From Alphaproteobacteria bacterium (GTDB taxonomy: Bacteria > Pseudomonadota > Alphaproteobacteria > Rickettsiales > JABIRX01), in the NCBI GenBank assembly GCA_018667735.1, contig JABIRX010000042.1, forward strand, positions 1,803 through 65,802: a stretch of 64,000 nt of DNA, written 5' to 3'. The notes below the pieces were generated by a model. The model saw only the letters and a program-made list of their open reading frames with translations, was not told where the DNA came from and made no database searches. Shown here in pieces: positions 31,747 through 41,232 of the stretch (positions within the stretch are counted from its first letter, which is position 1; each line of letters begins with the position of its first letter). Position numbers and translations under genes: made by a program.

Positions 31747-32643
31747 CTATTTTTTTGGATATTTCAAACCCATATGTGTATACATATATGGTTTATCTAA
31801 CCAATCTGGCTTAACTTTTACATGTAAATATAAATTTATTCTAGTGGCAAAAATTTCTTCTAGCTCTTTTCTCGCCTGGGTACCAACCTCTTTAATCATC
31901 TGGCCCTTGCTTCCTATTATTATTTTCTTTTGCCCCTCTTTATTAATATATATGGTTTGATCAATCGTAACTTTACCGTTCTCCGCTTCCTTCCAGCTAT
32001 CAGTTTCAACTGACAAATTATAAGGAAGCTCGTCTTTTAGAGCTATAAAAAGCTTCTCTCTTGTAATTTCTTGCGCTAAGAACCTAGATGATACATCTGT
32101 TAATTGATCTTCAGGATATAAAAAAGGTGATGCTGGAGCACGCTCTATTATAACTTTTTTTAGATCATCTATACCGTCATTATTGCTAGCTGAAATCAGA
32201 AAGATTTCTGAAAACAAGTTAGTTTCTTCATAATATTTCATAATTGGCAATAAATTACCTTTGCTGACTAAATCTATTTTATTTAATGCTAATATAACTT
32301 TCTTATTAAGAAAACGTAATTGCTCTAAGATAATTGCCACTGCTTTCTTATTTTGTTTAGCTGCATCAACTAATAAAACAATATCCATATCTTGTGAAAT
32401 TTGCTCCATAGCATGCGTCACTATTGCTTTTTCTAACTTTCCCTCCGCCTTAAATATGCCGGGCGTATCACAAAAAATTAACTGCGTTTTACCCTCTACC
32501 ATTATGCCCCTTACTGAGCCTCTGGTTGTTTGCACCTTGGGCGATACTATGGTAACCTTACCCCCAACAAGCAAATTAGTTAGGGTTGACTTGCCAGCAT
32601 TTGGCGCCCCAATAATTGCTACAAAACCACATTTACTATCCAT
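31747..32643 (-). CDS. era: GTPase Era
   Basis: 298 aa. G1 GAPNAGKSTL, DTPG and NKID motifs with a C-terminal KH domain. Part of an era-rnc-lepB block. Confidence 0.96.
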   Translation of the reverse strand: MDSKCGFVAIIGAPNAGKSTLTNLLVGGKVTIVSPKVQTTRGSVRGIMVEGKTQLIFCDTPGIFKAEGKLEKAIVTHAMEQISQDMDIVLLVDAAKQNKKAVAIILEQLRFLNKKVILALNKIDLVSKGNLLPIMKYYEETNLFSEIFLISASNNDGIDDLKKVIIERAPASPFLYPEDQLTDVSSRFLAQEITREKLFIALKDELPYNLSVETDSWKEAENGKVTIDQTIYINKEGQKKIIIGSKGQMIKEVGTQARKELEEIFATRINLYLHVKVKPDWLDKPYMYTHMGLKYPKK

Positions 32644-33295
32644 TTTTTAACCTATCTAACATTTTTGTTGCTAATTCTACTTCTGCCTTCTTCTTAGATG
32701 AAGCAGTCACTTTTACTTCCCCAATATCAGGCAAAGTTAGCGCCATAGTAAAAACTGGCGCATGGGCAAGACCTGATTGATTAAGCAATTTATATTCTGG
32801 CAGTGGGTATTTCCTTGCCTGTAACAACTCTTGTAACTCTGACTTTGGGTCAAATGGCTCTTCATTTATATATTCTAGCTTATGTTTCCATAATTTTAAT
32901 AATATTGCTTTAGTATATTGAAAATCTTGACTATCCAAGTAAATTGCCGCAATTAAAGCCTCAACCACATCTGCTAAATTAGAAGCATTTTCTCTGCCAG
33001 CTGTATTTTCTTCTCCTTTTGACATTATTATTAAGCTACCCAGCTTATTCTCTAAAGCAATTTTTGCAAGAGTGTCGCCACACACTAAACCAACATGACG
33101 CTTGGCTAAATCGCCCTCTTTCTTAGTAGATATTTCGGCAAATAAATATTCTGCCATAACCAGACCTAATATTCGGTCACCTAAAAATTCAAGCTTTTGA
33201 TAATTAGCCGCACCTATGCAACTTGGATGCGTTAAAGCTTGCTTCAATAATGTAATATCCTTAAATTTATGCCCAAATATCTCTGTTATGCTCAT
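32636..33295 (-). CDS. rnc: Ribonuclease III
   Basis: 219 aa. Signature QKLEFLGDRILGL and a C-terminal dsRNA-binding domain. Confidence 0.95.
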   Translation of the reverse strand: MSITEIFGHKFKDITLLKQALTHPSCIGAANYQKLEFLGDRILGLVMAEYLFAEISTKKEGDLAKRHVGLVCGDTLAKIALENKLGSLIIMSKGEENTAGRENASNLADVVEALIAAIYLDSQDFQYTKAILLKLWKHKLEYINEEPFDPKSELQELLQARKYPLPEYKLLNQSGLAHAPVFTMALTLPDIGEVKVTASSKKKAEVELATKMLDRLKNG

Positions 33296-33299
33296 TTTG

Positions 33300-34037
33300 C
33301 TATTCTATTTTTTTAAAGATCCTATTAAATCTAATATTTTTATGCCATAACCAAAATTTTAATAACTTATCCCTGCTAGACATAAAGATAAATTTGGCTT
33401 CCCCCACTAAATTCTTCTCTGCTACAAAACCAACTTTCGTTAAAAACCGACTATCTTGTGAATTATCGCGATTATCACCCATAAAAAAATAATGCCCCGC
33501 TGGTACATCATAAATAGCTGTATTATCTACCCTGCCATTTGTTATCTTATCAAGTATATTATACGACCTACCACTTGCTAAAGTTTCCTGATATTGCTTG
33601 ATTATAGCCCCATCATTATCTATAAAAACTCCTGCATCCTTTTGTGCCACTTCCAAATTATTAACATATAAAACCCCATCTATTACCTGAATCTTATCAC
33701 CAGGCAAGCCAATTAACCTCTTTATGTAGTTAATTCTTGTATTAGTAGGCAACCTAAAAACAACTACATCACCTCTTTCTGGTTTATTAGCAAAAACACG
33801 CTCTTTTATTGGCATCAAACCCAATGGAAATGAATATTTACTGTAACCATAACTAAATTTAGAAACTATAATAAAATCACCCTCTAACAAACCGCTTTTC
33901 ATTGAACCAGATGGTATGTGGAAAGGCTCAAATAAAAGACTTCTTACTAACAGAGCTAATATAATAGCCTCTATTGCCACCCTTAAATTTGACTGTTTTT
34001 TCTTTTCTTTGTTTTTGCTCTTTTGCCTAAACATCAC
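33300..34037 (-). CDS. lepB: Signal peptidase I
   Basis: 245 aa. PSGSMKSGL (catalytic Ser), YIKRLIGLPGD and GDNRDNSQDSR boxes. Confidence 0.94.
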   Translation of the reverse strand: MMFRQKSKNKEKKKQSNLRVAIEAIILALLVRSLLFEPFHIPSGSMKSGLLEGDFIIVSKFSYGYSKYSFPLGLMPIKERVFANKPERGDVVVFRLPTNTRINYIKRLIGLPGDKIQVIDGVLYVNNLEVAQKDAGVFIDNDGAIIKQYQETLASGRSYNILDKITNGRVDNTAIYDVPAGHYFFMGDNRDNSQDSRFLTKVGFVAEKNLVGEAKFIFMSSRDKLLKFWLWHKNIRFNRIFKKIE

Positions 34038-35550
34038 TTTCCAATAAAGAACAACCTGTCATTTCAGACGGCTTTTTTAGCGACATTAAATCTAAAATAG
34101 TTGGCGCTATATCGCATAAGCTACCCTCTTTTAACGCAACTTGCTTAGTTGACACCAAAATAAAAGGTACGGGGTTTAATGTATGTGCTGTATGTGGCTG
34201 CTTAGCCTTTTTATCAAACATATATTCTATATTACCATGATCTGCCGTTACTAGCATATTACCATTTAACGCTATAATTTGCTCTGCCAATTCTCCCAAT
34301 ATATTATCTATTTGCTCAACTGCATCTATCGCAGCTTGCCATACTCCACTATGACCTACCATGTCAGGGTTTGCAAAGTTTACTACAATAAAATCATACT
34401 TACCCAATTTAAGCGCTGTTAGTAATTTTTCTTTCACTATTGGGGCAGACATTTCAGGCTTTAAGTCATATGTTTTAACCTGAGGAGATGGTACGAGCTC
34501 TCTATCTTCTCCTGGTTTTTCTTGTTCAACACCTCCATTAAAAAAGAAAGTTACATGCGCATATTTTTCTGTCTCTGCTATATGAAGCTGCTTTAGTTTG
34601 TGCTCTGCTATAACATCGGCCAAGGTGTTTTTAGGGATTTTACTTGGAAATAAGGTTGGCAAATAGTGATCTATATCTTGCGCATATTCTGCCATACCAA
34701 GCCTTGCCGCAAATTGTATTTTTTGACGCTCAAATCCCGAAAAATCTTCTGCTAAAAAAGCTCTAATAATTTGCCTTGCTCTATCTGCTCTAAAATTTGT
34801 CATAAAGAAACCATCCTCTTTCTTAATGCCTGCATAAGAATCGTCTATAATTGGAGGAATAAACTCATCTGTAATATTTTTCTCGTAACAAGAATTTATA
34901 GCTTCTATAAAGTTAGAAGTTTTCAGCCCTCTCCCTTCACTAATAGCAAAATAATTATCTGCAACTCTAGACCAATTATTATCTCTATCCATGCCAAAAT
35001 AGCGACCAACTAGTGATGCCAATTTGACATTTGGGAACGGTTTTAATTGCGCAAATAAATTTTCTAACTGAGCTATGGCTGATTTGGGCGCAACATCGCG
35101 GCCATCTAGAAAACCATGGATATTGACTGTTATATTTTGCGTGGCAAGCTTTTTAGCCATATAGATAACATGCTCTATATGTCCATGCACCCCACCGTCT
35201 GAAATCATACCCAGCAAATGACAAACACCGCCTGAGCGCTTCAGCTTATCTACAAAAGCAATAAACTCTTTTTCTTCTGAAATTAAATCTTTTTTAACTG
35301 CATGATTTATCTTTGGCAACAATTGTAGCACAACCCGGCCACAACCAATATTCATATGCCCAACCTCAGAATTGCCCATCTGACCGTCTGGCAAGCCTAC
35401 ATGTCGTCCTGAAGTTTTCAGTAAAGTTTTAGGGTAACTGGCTGTAAGACTATCCCAATTTGGTGTTTTAGCAGCAGCTATAGCGTTGTAGTCTGTTTCA
35501 AGGCGGTGTCCCCAACCATCCAAAATACACAGTAGAGTTGTTTTTTTCAT
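34027..35550 (-). CDS. gpmI: 2,3-bisphosphoglycerate-independent phosphoglycerate mutase
   Basis: 507 aa. LCILDGWG, GNSEVGHMNIG and ADHGN motifs of iPGM. Confidence 0.95.
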   Translation of the reverse strand: MKKTTLLCILDGWGHRLETDYNAIAAAKTPNWDSLTASYPKTLLKTSGRHVGLPDGQMGNSEVGHMNIGCGRVVLQLLPKINHAVKKDLISEEKEFIAFVDKLKRSGGVCHLLGMISDGGVHGHIEHVIYMAKKLATQNITVNIHGFLDGRDVAPKSAIAQLENLFAQLKPFPNVKLASLVGRYFGMDRDNNWSRVADNYFAISEGRGLKTSNFIEAINSCYEKNITDEFIPPIIDDSYAGIKKEDGFFMTNFRADRARQIIRAFLAEDFSGFERQKIQFAARLGMAEYAQDIDHYLPTLFPSKIPKNTLADVIAEHKLKQLHIAETEKYAHVTFFFNGGVEQEKPGEDRELVPSPQVKTYDLKPEMSAPIVKEKLLTALKLGKYDFIVVNFANPDMVGHSGVWQAAIDAVEQIDNILGELAEQIIALNGNMLVTADHGNIEYMFDKKAKQPHTAHTLNPVPFILVSTKQVALKEGSLCDIAPTILDLMSLKKPSEMTGCSLLESDV

Positions 35551-35553
35551 AAA

Positions 35554-36222
35554 TTAAAAATTTGGGCTATTAGAACCTTCCGCTATATAGTAAACTATTT
35601 TTGCAATTTTAGTAGCATAATCTCCAATGCGCTCAAAATTCTTTAAGATTTTTATCTTGGCAATAAATTCTTGAAGATTTTCTGGCTTACTTTCCTGCGC
35701 ACCAATGACCAGCTTCATTGTTTCGCTATAATAATCATCAACTTTATTATCATCTTCAAAAGCTTTCCTTAAATCAGAAAAATGGTATTTTTCTATATTA
35801 ATGAACACTTCATTTATCATGTTAATAATGACCTTATTCATACTTCTAATATCTTTGTTCACCTCTTCCGTAAAGGGCGTAACATTAGTAGCAGCTTTCT
35901 TGATTGTCATTTTAGCTCTATCGCCTATTCGCTCTAATAAAGACACTATCTTAATTGCAGACACTATAAAACGCAGGTCTCCGGCCATTGGCTGTCTTGT
36001 GGCTAACAAGGTTATTGCTCTAGCTTCTATTGCTTTTTCCAAACCGTTAATCTGTTGGTCTTTCTTTTGAGCTTCGTCATAGCTTACTTTGGCACTAAAA
36101 GTAACCACATCTTCTGCCATTTTCACTATCTCAATAACCATTTCTTTCATGGCCTTTAAAGATTCAACTAAATCATCTATTTCATTGCCATATGACTTTA
36201 CTATATGTTCGTTATTTTTCAT
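35554..36222 (-). CDS. phoU: Phosphate signalling complex protein PhoU
   Basis: Two PhoU repeats (LERIGDRAKM; FERIGDYATKI). The track ORF starts at a TTG (36240); the ATG at 36222 is likelier. No pst genes are adjacent. Confidence 0.88.
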   Translation of the reverse strand: MKNNEHIVKSYGNEIDDLVESLKAMKEMVIEIVKMAEDVVTFSAKVSYDEAQKKDQQINGLEKAIEARAITLLATRQPMAGDLRFIVSAIKIVSLLERIGDRAKMTIKKAATNVTPFTEEVNKDIRSMNKVIINMINEVFINIEKYHFSDLRKAFEDDNKVDDYYSETMKLVIGAQESKPENLQEFIAKIKILKNFERIGDYATKIAKIVYYIAEGSNSPNF

Positions 36223-36370
36223 TTTATTTGTAATAAACAAGGATTTACAGATTTAATTGTACTGTTTTTACACAACTTATGCAAGCAATTAATAAAATTA
36301 GAGCTAATGCCAATATTGTCTGTATTTAACTCGTCAAAATCACATAAAAACTTTTATAATATGTATTCTC

Positions 36371-37318
36371 TTATTTAGAGCGCCCCTCATAATTTAACAG
36401 AAAATTTTTCCATATTTCTTGCTCTATCTCTTTTTTCTCTAATCTGTTTATTTCCTGAATGCCAGTTGGTGAGGTTACATTTATTTCCGTAAGATAATCA
36501 CCTATAAAATCTAGGCCCGCAAAATATATATTTTTATTTAGCAAAGCTTTACCTATATATTCTGACGCAAATTCTTGTTTTTTCGTCAACCTAGCTTTTA
36601 TAGCCTTACCCCCTGCGTGAAAATTTGCCGCAACCTTGCCTTGCTCTGGAACTCTCAAGACCTGCCCCATTATTTTTCCTCCAGCAATTATAACCCTTAA
36701 ATCACCTTTTTTAATCTCTGGCAAATATTGTTGGGCAATTATTGGTGTTTTAAAATCTGTAATTAGTTGCTGAACATTTTGTTCCAAATCTACATATGGG
36801 GCAGATAATTTTAGCACGCCCTCACCCCCACATGCATATAATGGCTTTAGAATTATTTGTTCATATTTTTCGGCAAACGACCTTATTTTATTTATATCCT
36901 GAGCTATTAATGTATCTGGAGTAAAGCGAGCAAAATCGCTAGCCAAGATTTTTTCTGGTGCATTTCTAATCTCAGTAGGGTCATTTATAAAAAACACCTC
37001 ATCTTTTACTTTTTCCAAAATATAGCTATTTGTGATGTAACTCATATCAAAAGGAGGGTCTTGCCTAATAAAGACCATATCAAATAAGCTCAACTCCAGC
37101 TGCTGCTTATTAGCTAGCGTATAAAATTGCTCTTGCTCTGGATATATTTTTAGCTCTTCAACTGTGACTAACACTTTTTGATTATGCAGATATAGATCAT
37201 TTGTGGTATAATGATACAACTCGAAACCTAATCTATCTGCCTCTTTGATCAGCATGTATGTGCTGTCACTATCTTTATTTATAGAGCTTATATGGTCCAT
37301 TTGGAAAGCGACTTTCAT
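36371..37318 (-). CDS. gshB: Glutathione synthetase (prokaryotic ATP-grasp type)
   Basis: MKVAFQMDHISSINKDSDSTYMLIKEADRLGFELYHY aligns with the GshB N-domain, followed by a C-terminal ATP-grasp. The longer track ORF (to 37408) would overlap erpA. Confidence 0.9.
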   Translation of the reverse strand: MKVAFQMDHISSINKDSDSTYMLIKEADRLGFELYHYTTNDLYLHNQKVLVTVEELKIYPEQEQFYTLANKQQLELSLFDMVFIRQDPPFDMSYITNSYILEKVKDEVFFINDPTEIRNAPEKILASDFARFTPDTLIAQDINKIRSFAEKYEQIILKPLYACGGEGVLKLSAPYVDLEQNVQQLITDFKTPIIAQQYLPEIKKGDLRVIIAGGKIMGQVLRVPEQGKVAANFHAGGKAIKARLTKKQEFASEYIGKALLNKNIYFAGLDFIGDYLTEINVTSPTGIQEINRLEKKEIEQEIWKNFLLNYEGRSK

Positions 37319-37319
37319 A

Positions 37320-37661
37320 TTACACCGCAAAAGATGAACCACAACCACATGTTGTTGATGCATTTGGGTTGTTAATTTTAAAATAGCTCCCACCAAGCTC
37401 ATCAACATAATCTATTTCTGAGCCCTTCAAAAGCTCATGCGAGGTCTCATCTATAACCCCTAAGGTCTTTTCTTCTGCGGCTATTTGCATGTCGCCCTCT
37501 TTTTTATCTTGGTTGAAATCAAAATGATATTGGAAGCCTGAGCACCCTCCTCCAGATACAGAGACCCTTAAAGTCATGCTATTATTATTAGCTGCCGCTA
37601 TAAGTTTTTCTAGCTGTGTTTTTGCTGCTTTAGAGAAGGTCATTTGAGCGTTATTTGTCAT
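37320..37661 (-). CDS. erpA: Iron-sulfur cluster insertion protein (HesB/IscA/ErpA family)
   Basis: 113 aa. GGGCSGFQYHF and C-terminal CGCGSSF cysteine ligands. Confidence 0.88.
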   Translation of the reverse strand: MTNNAQMTFSKAAKTQLEKLIAAANNNSMTLRVSVSGGGCSGFQYHFDFNQDKKEGDMQIAAEEKTLGVIDETSHELLKGSEIDYVDELGGSYFKINNPNASTTCGCGSSFAV

Positions 37662-37723
37662 TTTCTTTGCAATTTGTTGGTTTTCAGGTTAAATTTAAAG
37701 TAAAAGAAGAGTCAAGTCAACTT

Positions 37724-38890
37724 ATGTTAGCAAGCTATGCGTCTAAACCACAAAATCTAGAAAATAGATTACACCCAGAAAATCCCTCCAAGAATCGCAC
37801 ATCTTTCCAGCGTGATCGAGATAGAATAATTCACTCTCTTAGTTTCCGCCGCCTCGAATATAAAACTCAAGTTTTTGTTAATTATGAATCAGACCATTTT
37901 AGAACTAGACTAACCCACAGTTTAGAAGTGGCTCAAATTGCTAGAACTATAACTCGAAAATTAAATTTAGATCAAGATCTGGCTGAAGCCTGCGCCTTAG
38001 CCCATGATATAGGGCACCCACCATTTGGTCATTCTGGTGAAAATGCATTAAATGACTTAATGCAAAAATATGGTGGTTTTGATCATAATGCTCAAGCTTT
38101 GAAAATTTTAACTAAGTTAGAAGCACCATATGCAGCTTATGATGGGCTGAACTTAACCAAGGAAACTTTAGCTGGTATTATCAAGCATAATGGCCCTCTT
38201 ACAGGATTTAATATTCCTAAAATTATTACAGAATATAATAACAGCCATGATTTAGAATTAAAAAAATACCCCAGCTTAGAAGCCCAAATAGCCGCTATAT
38301 CTGATGATATTGCATATAATAATCATGATATTGATGATGGTATTAGAGCTAAGTTACTGCATGAAAAAGACCTTTCTCACATTAAAATTATTGCAGAATC
38401 ATTTGCAGAAGTAGATAAAATATACCCTATATTAGCACCTTACAAAAGAGTATATGAGGCAAGAAGAAGAGTTTATTCTAAAATGGTTGATGACGTTATT
38501 CTCACCACGGAGGAAAATATCAAAAATGCTAAAATTGAGAGTTTAGCAGACATACAAAATGCCAAGAAGGCTCTTTGTAGCTTTAGCAAAGAAATGGCTT
38601 TAGAAGTATTAGAGCTGAAGAAAACTCTACGAGAAAAAGTCTATACTCACCCTGATGTATCTTTGATGAATCGTAAAGCTTACCGCTTAATTTCCGAGTT
38701 ATTCCAATTTTTTCTTGAAAATCATGACTGTATACCAGAGGAAATAAGCCTAAAATTTCAGCAAAAAAAACATAAAAAAGAGCGTGCGAGAGTTTTGTGT
38801 GATTATATTTCTGGCATGACTGATCGTTATGCTCTTGAGCAACACCGTAAATTCTTTGATTTATACTCTTACGATAAAAGTTTCAAATAG
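37724..38890 (+). CDS. dgt: dGTPase-like deoxynucleoside triphosphate triphosphohydrolase (HD domain)
   Basis: FQRDRDRIIHS..FRRL..KTQV, HSLEVAQIAR and AHDIGHPPFGH. The ATG at 37724 is preferred over the track start at 37655. Confidence 0.9.
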   Translation: MLASYASKPQNLENRLHPENPSKNRTSFQRDRDRIIHSLSFRRLEYKTQVFVNYESDHFRTRLTHSLEVAQIARTITRKLNLDQDLAEACALAHDIGHPPFGHSGENALNDLMQKYGGFDHNAQALKILTKLEAPYAAYDGLNLTKETLAGIIKHNGPLTGFNIPKIITEYNNSHDLELKKYPSLEAQIAAISDDIAYNNHDIDDGIRAKLLHEKDLSHIKIIAESFAEVDKIYPILAPYKRVYEARRRVYSKMVDDVILTTEENIKNAKIESLADIQNAKKALCSFSKEMALEVLELKKTLREKVYTHPDVSLMNRKAYRLISELFQFFLENHDCIPEEISLKFQQKKHKKERARVLCDYISGMTDRYALEQHRKFFDLYSYDKSFK

Positions 38891-38936
38891 CTCTTGTTTG
38901 TTGCTTTTAGCTATATTTCTATTACTTTAGCTTTCT

Positions 38937-39863
38937 ATGAAAATTATAAGAAATTTTAGCCATATTCCAAACATTGCAAAAGAAAGCGTGATTGCTTTAG
39001 GCAATTTTGATGGAGTGCATCTGGGGCATCAAGAAATTATTAAAGAAGTAAAAGCTAAAGCTAAATTACTGCAAAAAAAAACTGCCTTAATGACTTTTTT
39101 TCCTCACCCCCAAAGTTTTTTTAACAACAAGCAAACCAACATATTCAAATTGCGTGATAAGGTAGCGCTTATCAAAGAGCAAAATATAGATTTCTTATTT
39201 TTAATTCATTTTGATCATAACTTTGCAAATTTATCTGCTGAAGAATTTGTCCGTGACTTCTTGGCAAAAAAATTACAAGTTAAACATATTGTAATTGGTT
39301 ATGATTTTATCTTTGGTAAAAATCGCTCTGGTAATGCCACCTATTTAAAGGAGGCCTCTAAAAAATATATTTTTGGCTTTAGTCAAGTTGCATCACATAA
39401 AGTTACTGAGCACAATTTAATTTATTCATCCAGTCAAGTAAGATTGGCTCTTACATGTGGCGATATTAAGAAAGCAAACTTACTCTTAGGCAAAAACTAT
39501 TTTATTACAAATCGGGTTATAAATGGCGAAAAAAGAGGGCGCTCAATTGGCTTTAGGACCATCAATTTGGCCCTAAATGATTTATTTTTACCCAAATATG
39601 GTGTTTATGCCGTTTGGGCTCATATTGCTGGCAAAAAAATGCCCGCAATCGCAAATTTGGGCATTAGACCTAGCTTTAAAGATAATACTCCCTTACTTGA
39701 AGTACATATATTTAACTTTTCAGGTGATTTATATAATCACAAGGTTAAAATAGAATTTGTTTTATTTATTAGAGCCGAGCAAAAATTTGCAAATAAGGAG
39801 AGCTTAGCTCAGCAAATCAAAACAGATTGTCAAAAAGCACAAGAGATTTTACATGAAGCTTAA
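38937..39863 (+). CDS. ribF: Bifunctional riboflavin kinase / FMN adenylyltransferase
   Basis: 308 aa. ALGNFDGVHLGHQ (FAD synthetase domain) and a C-terminal riboflavin kinase (GFRTINL...LLEVHIFNFSGDLY). Confidence 0.94.
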   Translation: MKIIRNFSHIPNIAKESVIALGNFDGVHLGHQEIIKEVKAKAKLLQKKTALMTFFPHPQSFFNNKQTNIFKLRDKVALIKEQNIDFLFLIHFDHNFANLSAEEFVRDFLAKKLQVKHIVIGYDFIFGKNRSGNATYLKEASKKYIFGFSQVASHKVTEHNLIYSSSQVRLALTCGDIKKANLLLGKNYFITNRVINGEKRGRSIGFRTINLALNDLFLPKYGVYAVWAHIAGKKMPAIANLGIRPSFKDNTPLLEVHIFNFSGDLYNHKVKIEFVLFIRAEQKFANKESLAQQIKTDCQKAQEILHEA

Positions 39864-40353
39864 TTTAAAAATAATCCACCCTAAATTTTTTACTTATGGC
39901 ATATTATTTGCCCTAACTATTACTATCGCAGACTTATTATCTAAAGAATTGATTTTTGCCTTACTAGATAAAACTCCAGGTCAACACATTAGGGTAACCA
40001 GCTTTTTTAATTTAGTTAAAGTATATAATACCGGCGTTAGTTTTGGTATGTTTAACGATTTGCAATATGGTAAAATTATTCTAATAATAGTTGCCTCCAT
40101 GATAACTATCTTTTTGCTTTATTGGCTTAGCCAGTCTGAAGATAAAAAAATCATCCTTGCCCTTAGCTTAGTAATAGGTGGAGCTCTTGGCAATATTATT
40201 GACCGCGCAATTTATGGTTCAGTTGCTGATTTTCTTGATTTTCATATAAATGGCTATCATTGGCCTGCTTTTAATTTGGCAGATAGCTCTATTACCCTTG
40301 GAGCTATTATCTTGATTTTTGACGAATTTTTTAACAAAAAAAAACATGATTAG
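39853..40353 (+). CDS. lspA: Lipoprotein signal peptidase (signal peptidase II)
   Basis: 166 aa, four TM segments, with GALGNIIDR and FNLADS catalytic Asp motifs. Confidence 0.94.
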   Translation: MKLNLKIIHPKFFTYGILFALTITIADLLSKELIFALLDKTPGQHIRVTSFFNLVKVYNTGVSFGMFNDLQYGKIILIIVASMITIFLLYWLSQSEDKKIILALSLVIGGALGNIIDRAIYGSVADFLDFHINGYHWPAFNLADSSITLGAIILIFDEFFNKKKHD

Positions 40354-40483
40354 AGTTTTCTTTATTTTGATATTACTAAGTAGCTGCGCTTATAAAAAGC
40401 CTTTAAAAAACTCTGACTTGGTTGTGCCTCCCTTTATTCAAGAAGAAAACCCTGAAATATACCAAATATTCAAGGCAAAATAA
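40346..40483 (+). CDS. Small predicted lipoprotein (45 aa), unannotated in the ORF track
   Basis: ATG at 40346 overlaps the last lspA codons (cATGATTAG). Translation is MIRVFFILILLSSC|AYKKPLKNSDLVVPPFIQEENPEIYQIFKAK, with a basic n-region, a hydrophobic h-region and lipobox L-S-S-C. The stop at 40481-40483 lies 2 nt before the truA ATG and exactly fills the lspA-truA gap. Confidence 0.55.
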   Translation: MIRVFFILILLSSCAYKKPLKNSDLVVPPFIQEENPEIYQIFKAK

Positions 40484-40485
40484 CC

Positions 40486-41229
40486 ATGCCTCGCTATAAA
40501 GCTATTATCGAATATTATGGCCCCGCCTATTCTGGTTTTCAAATACAGCCAGACCAGCACACTGTGGCTGGCGCCCTCTTAACTGCTTTAAAAAAGCTTA
40601 GCAAAGAAAAGATAGAGTTAAATTTTGCTGGTAGAACAGACGCATCTGTACATGCTGAGGGCCAAGTAATTGATTTTTTCTTAACTAAAGAATATCCCTT
40701 ATATAAGATTACAGATGGCTTAAACTTTTATCTTAAAGAGGCTAAAGAAATGATAGCTGTGCAAGAAACTCTATTAATCTCAGATAGCTTTAATAGTCGT
40801 TATGATGCTAAAGAAAAAACCTATGAATATCACATTTTAAATCGCAGAACTCCTTCTCCACTATATAAGAATAGGGCTTGGCAAGTTAAGTATGAGCTTG
40901 AGCTTGAGCAAATGCAATTAGCTGCAAATTATTTAATTGGGACCCATGATTTTACTAGCTTTAGAAGTGTTGACTGCCAAGCTAATTCGGCCGTTAGAAC
41001 TATAAATGATCTAAGGCTTAGCAAAAGTTCTGACCTTATAAAGATCAGAATTTCAGGGAAATCTTTTCTTTATAATCAAGTAAGGATTATTGCTGGAACT
41101 TTGTTTGAAATTGGTAGGGGAAAAAAACAAGTAATTGATATGGAAAATATTTTAAAAGCAAAAGACCGAAAATCTGCAGGACAAACAGCTCCAGCTTATG
41201 GTTTATATTTATTAGAGGTTAAATATTAA
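40486..41229 (+). CDS. truA: tRNA pseudouridine(38-40) synthase
   Basis: 247 aa. YKAIIEYYGPAYSGFQIQ and the catalytic Asp in AGRTDASVHAEGQV. Confidence 0.95.
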   Translation: MPRYKAIIEYYGPAYSGFQIQPDQHTVAGALLTALKKLSKEKIELNFAGRTDASVHAEGQVIDFFLTKEYPLYKITDGLNFYLKEAKEMIAVQETLLISDSFNSRYDAKEKTYEYHILNRRTPSPLYKNRAWQVKYELELEQMQLAANYLIGTHDFTSFRSVDCQANSAVRTINDLRLSKSSDLIKIRISGKSFLYNQVRIIAGTLFEIGRGKKQVIDMENILKAKDRKSAGQTAPAYGLYLLEVKY

Positions 41230-41232
41230 CAG

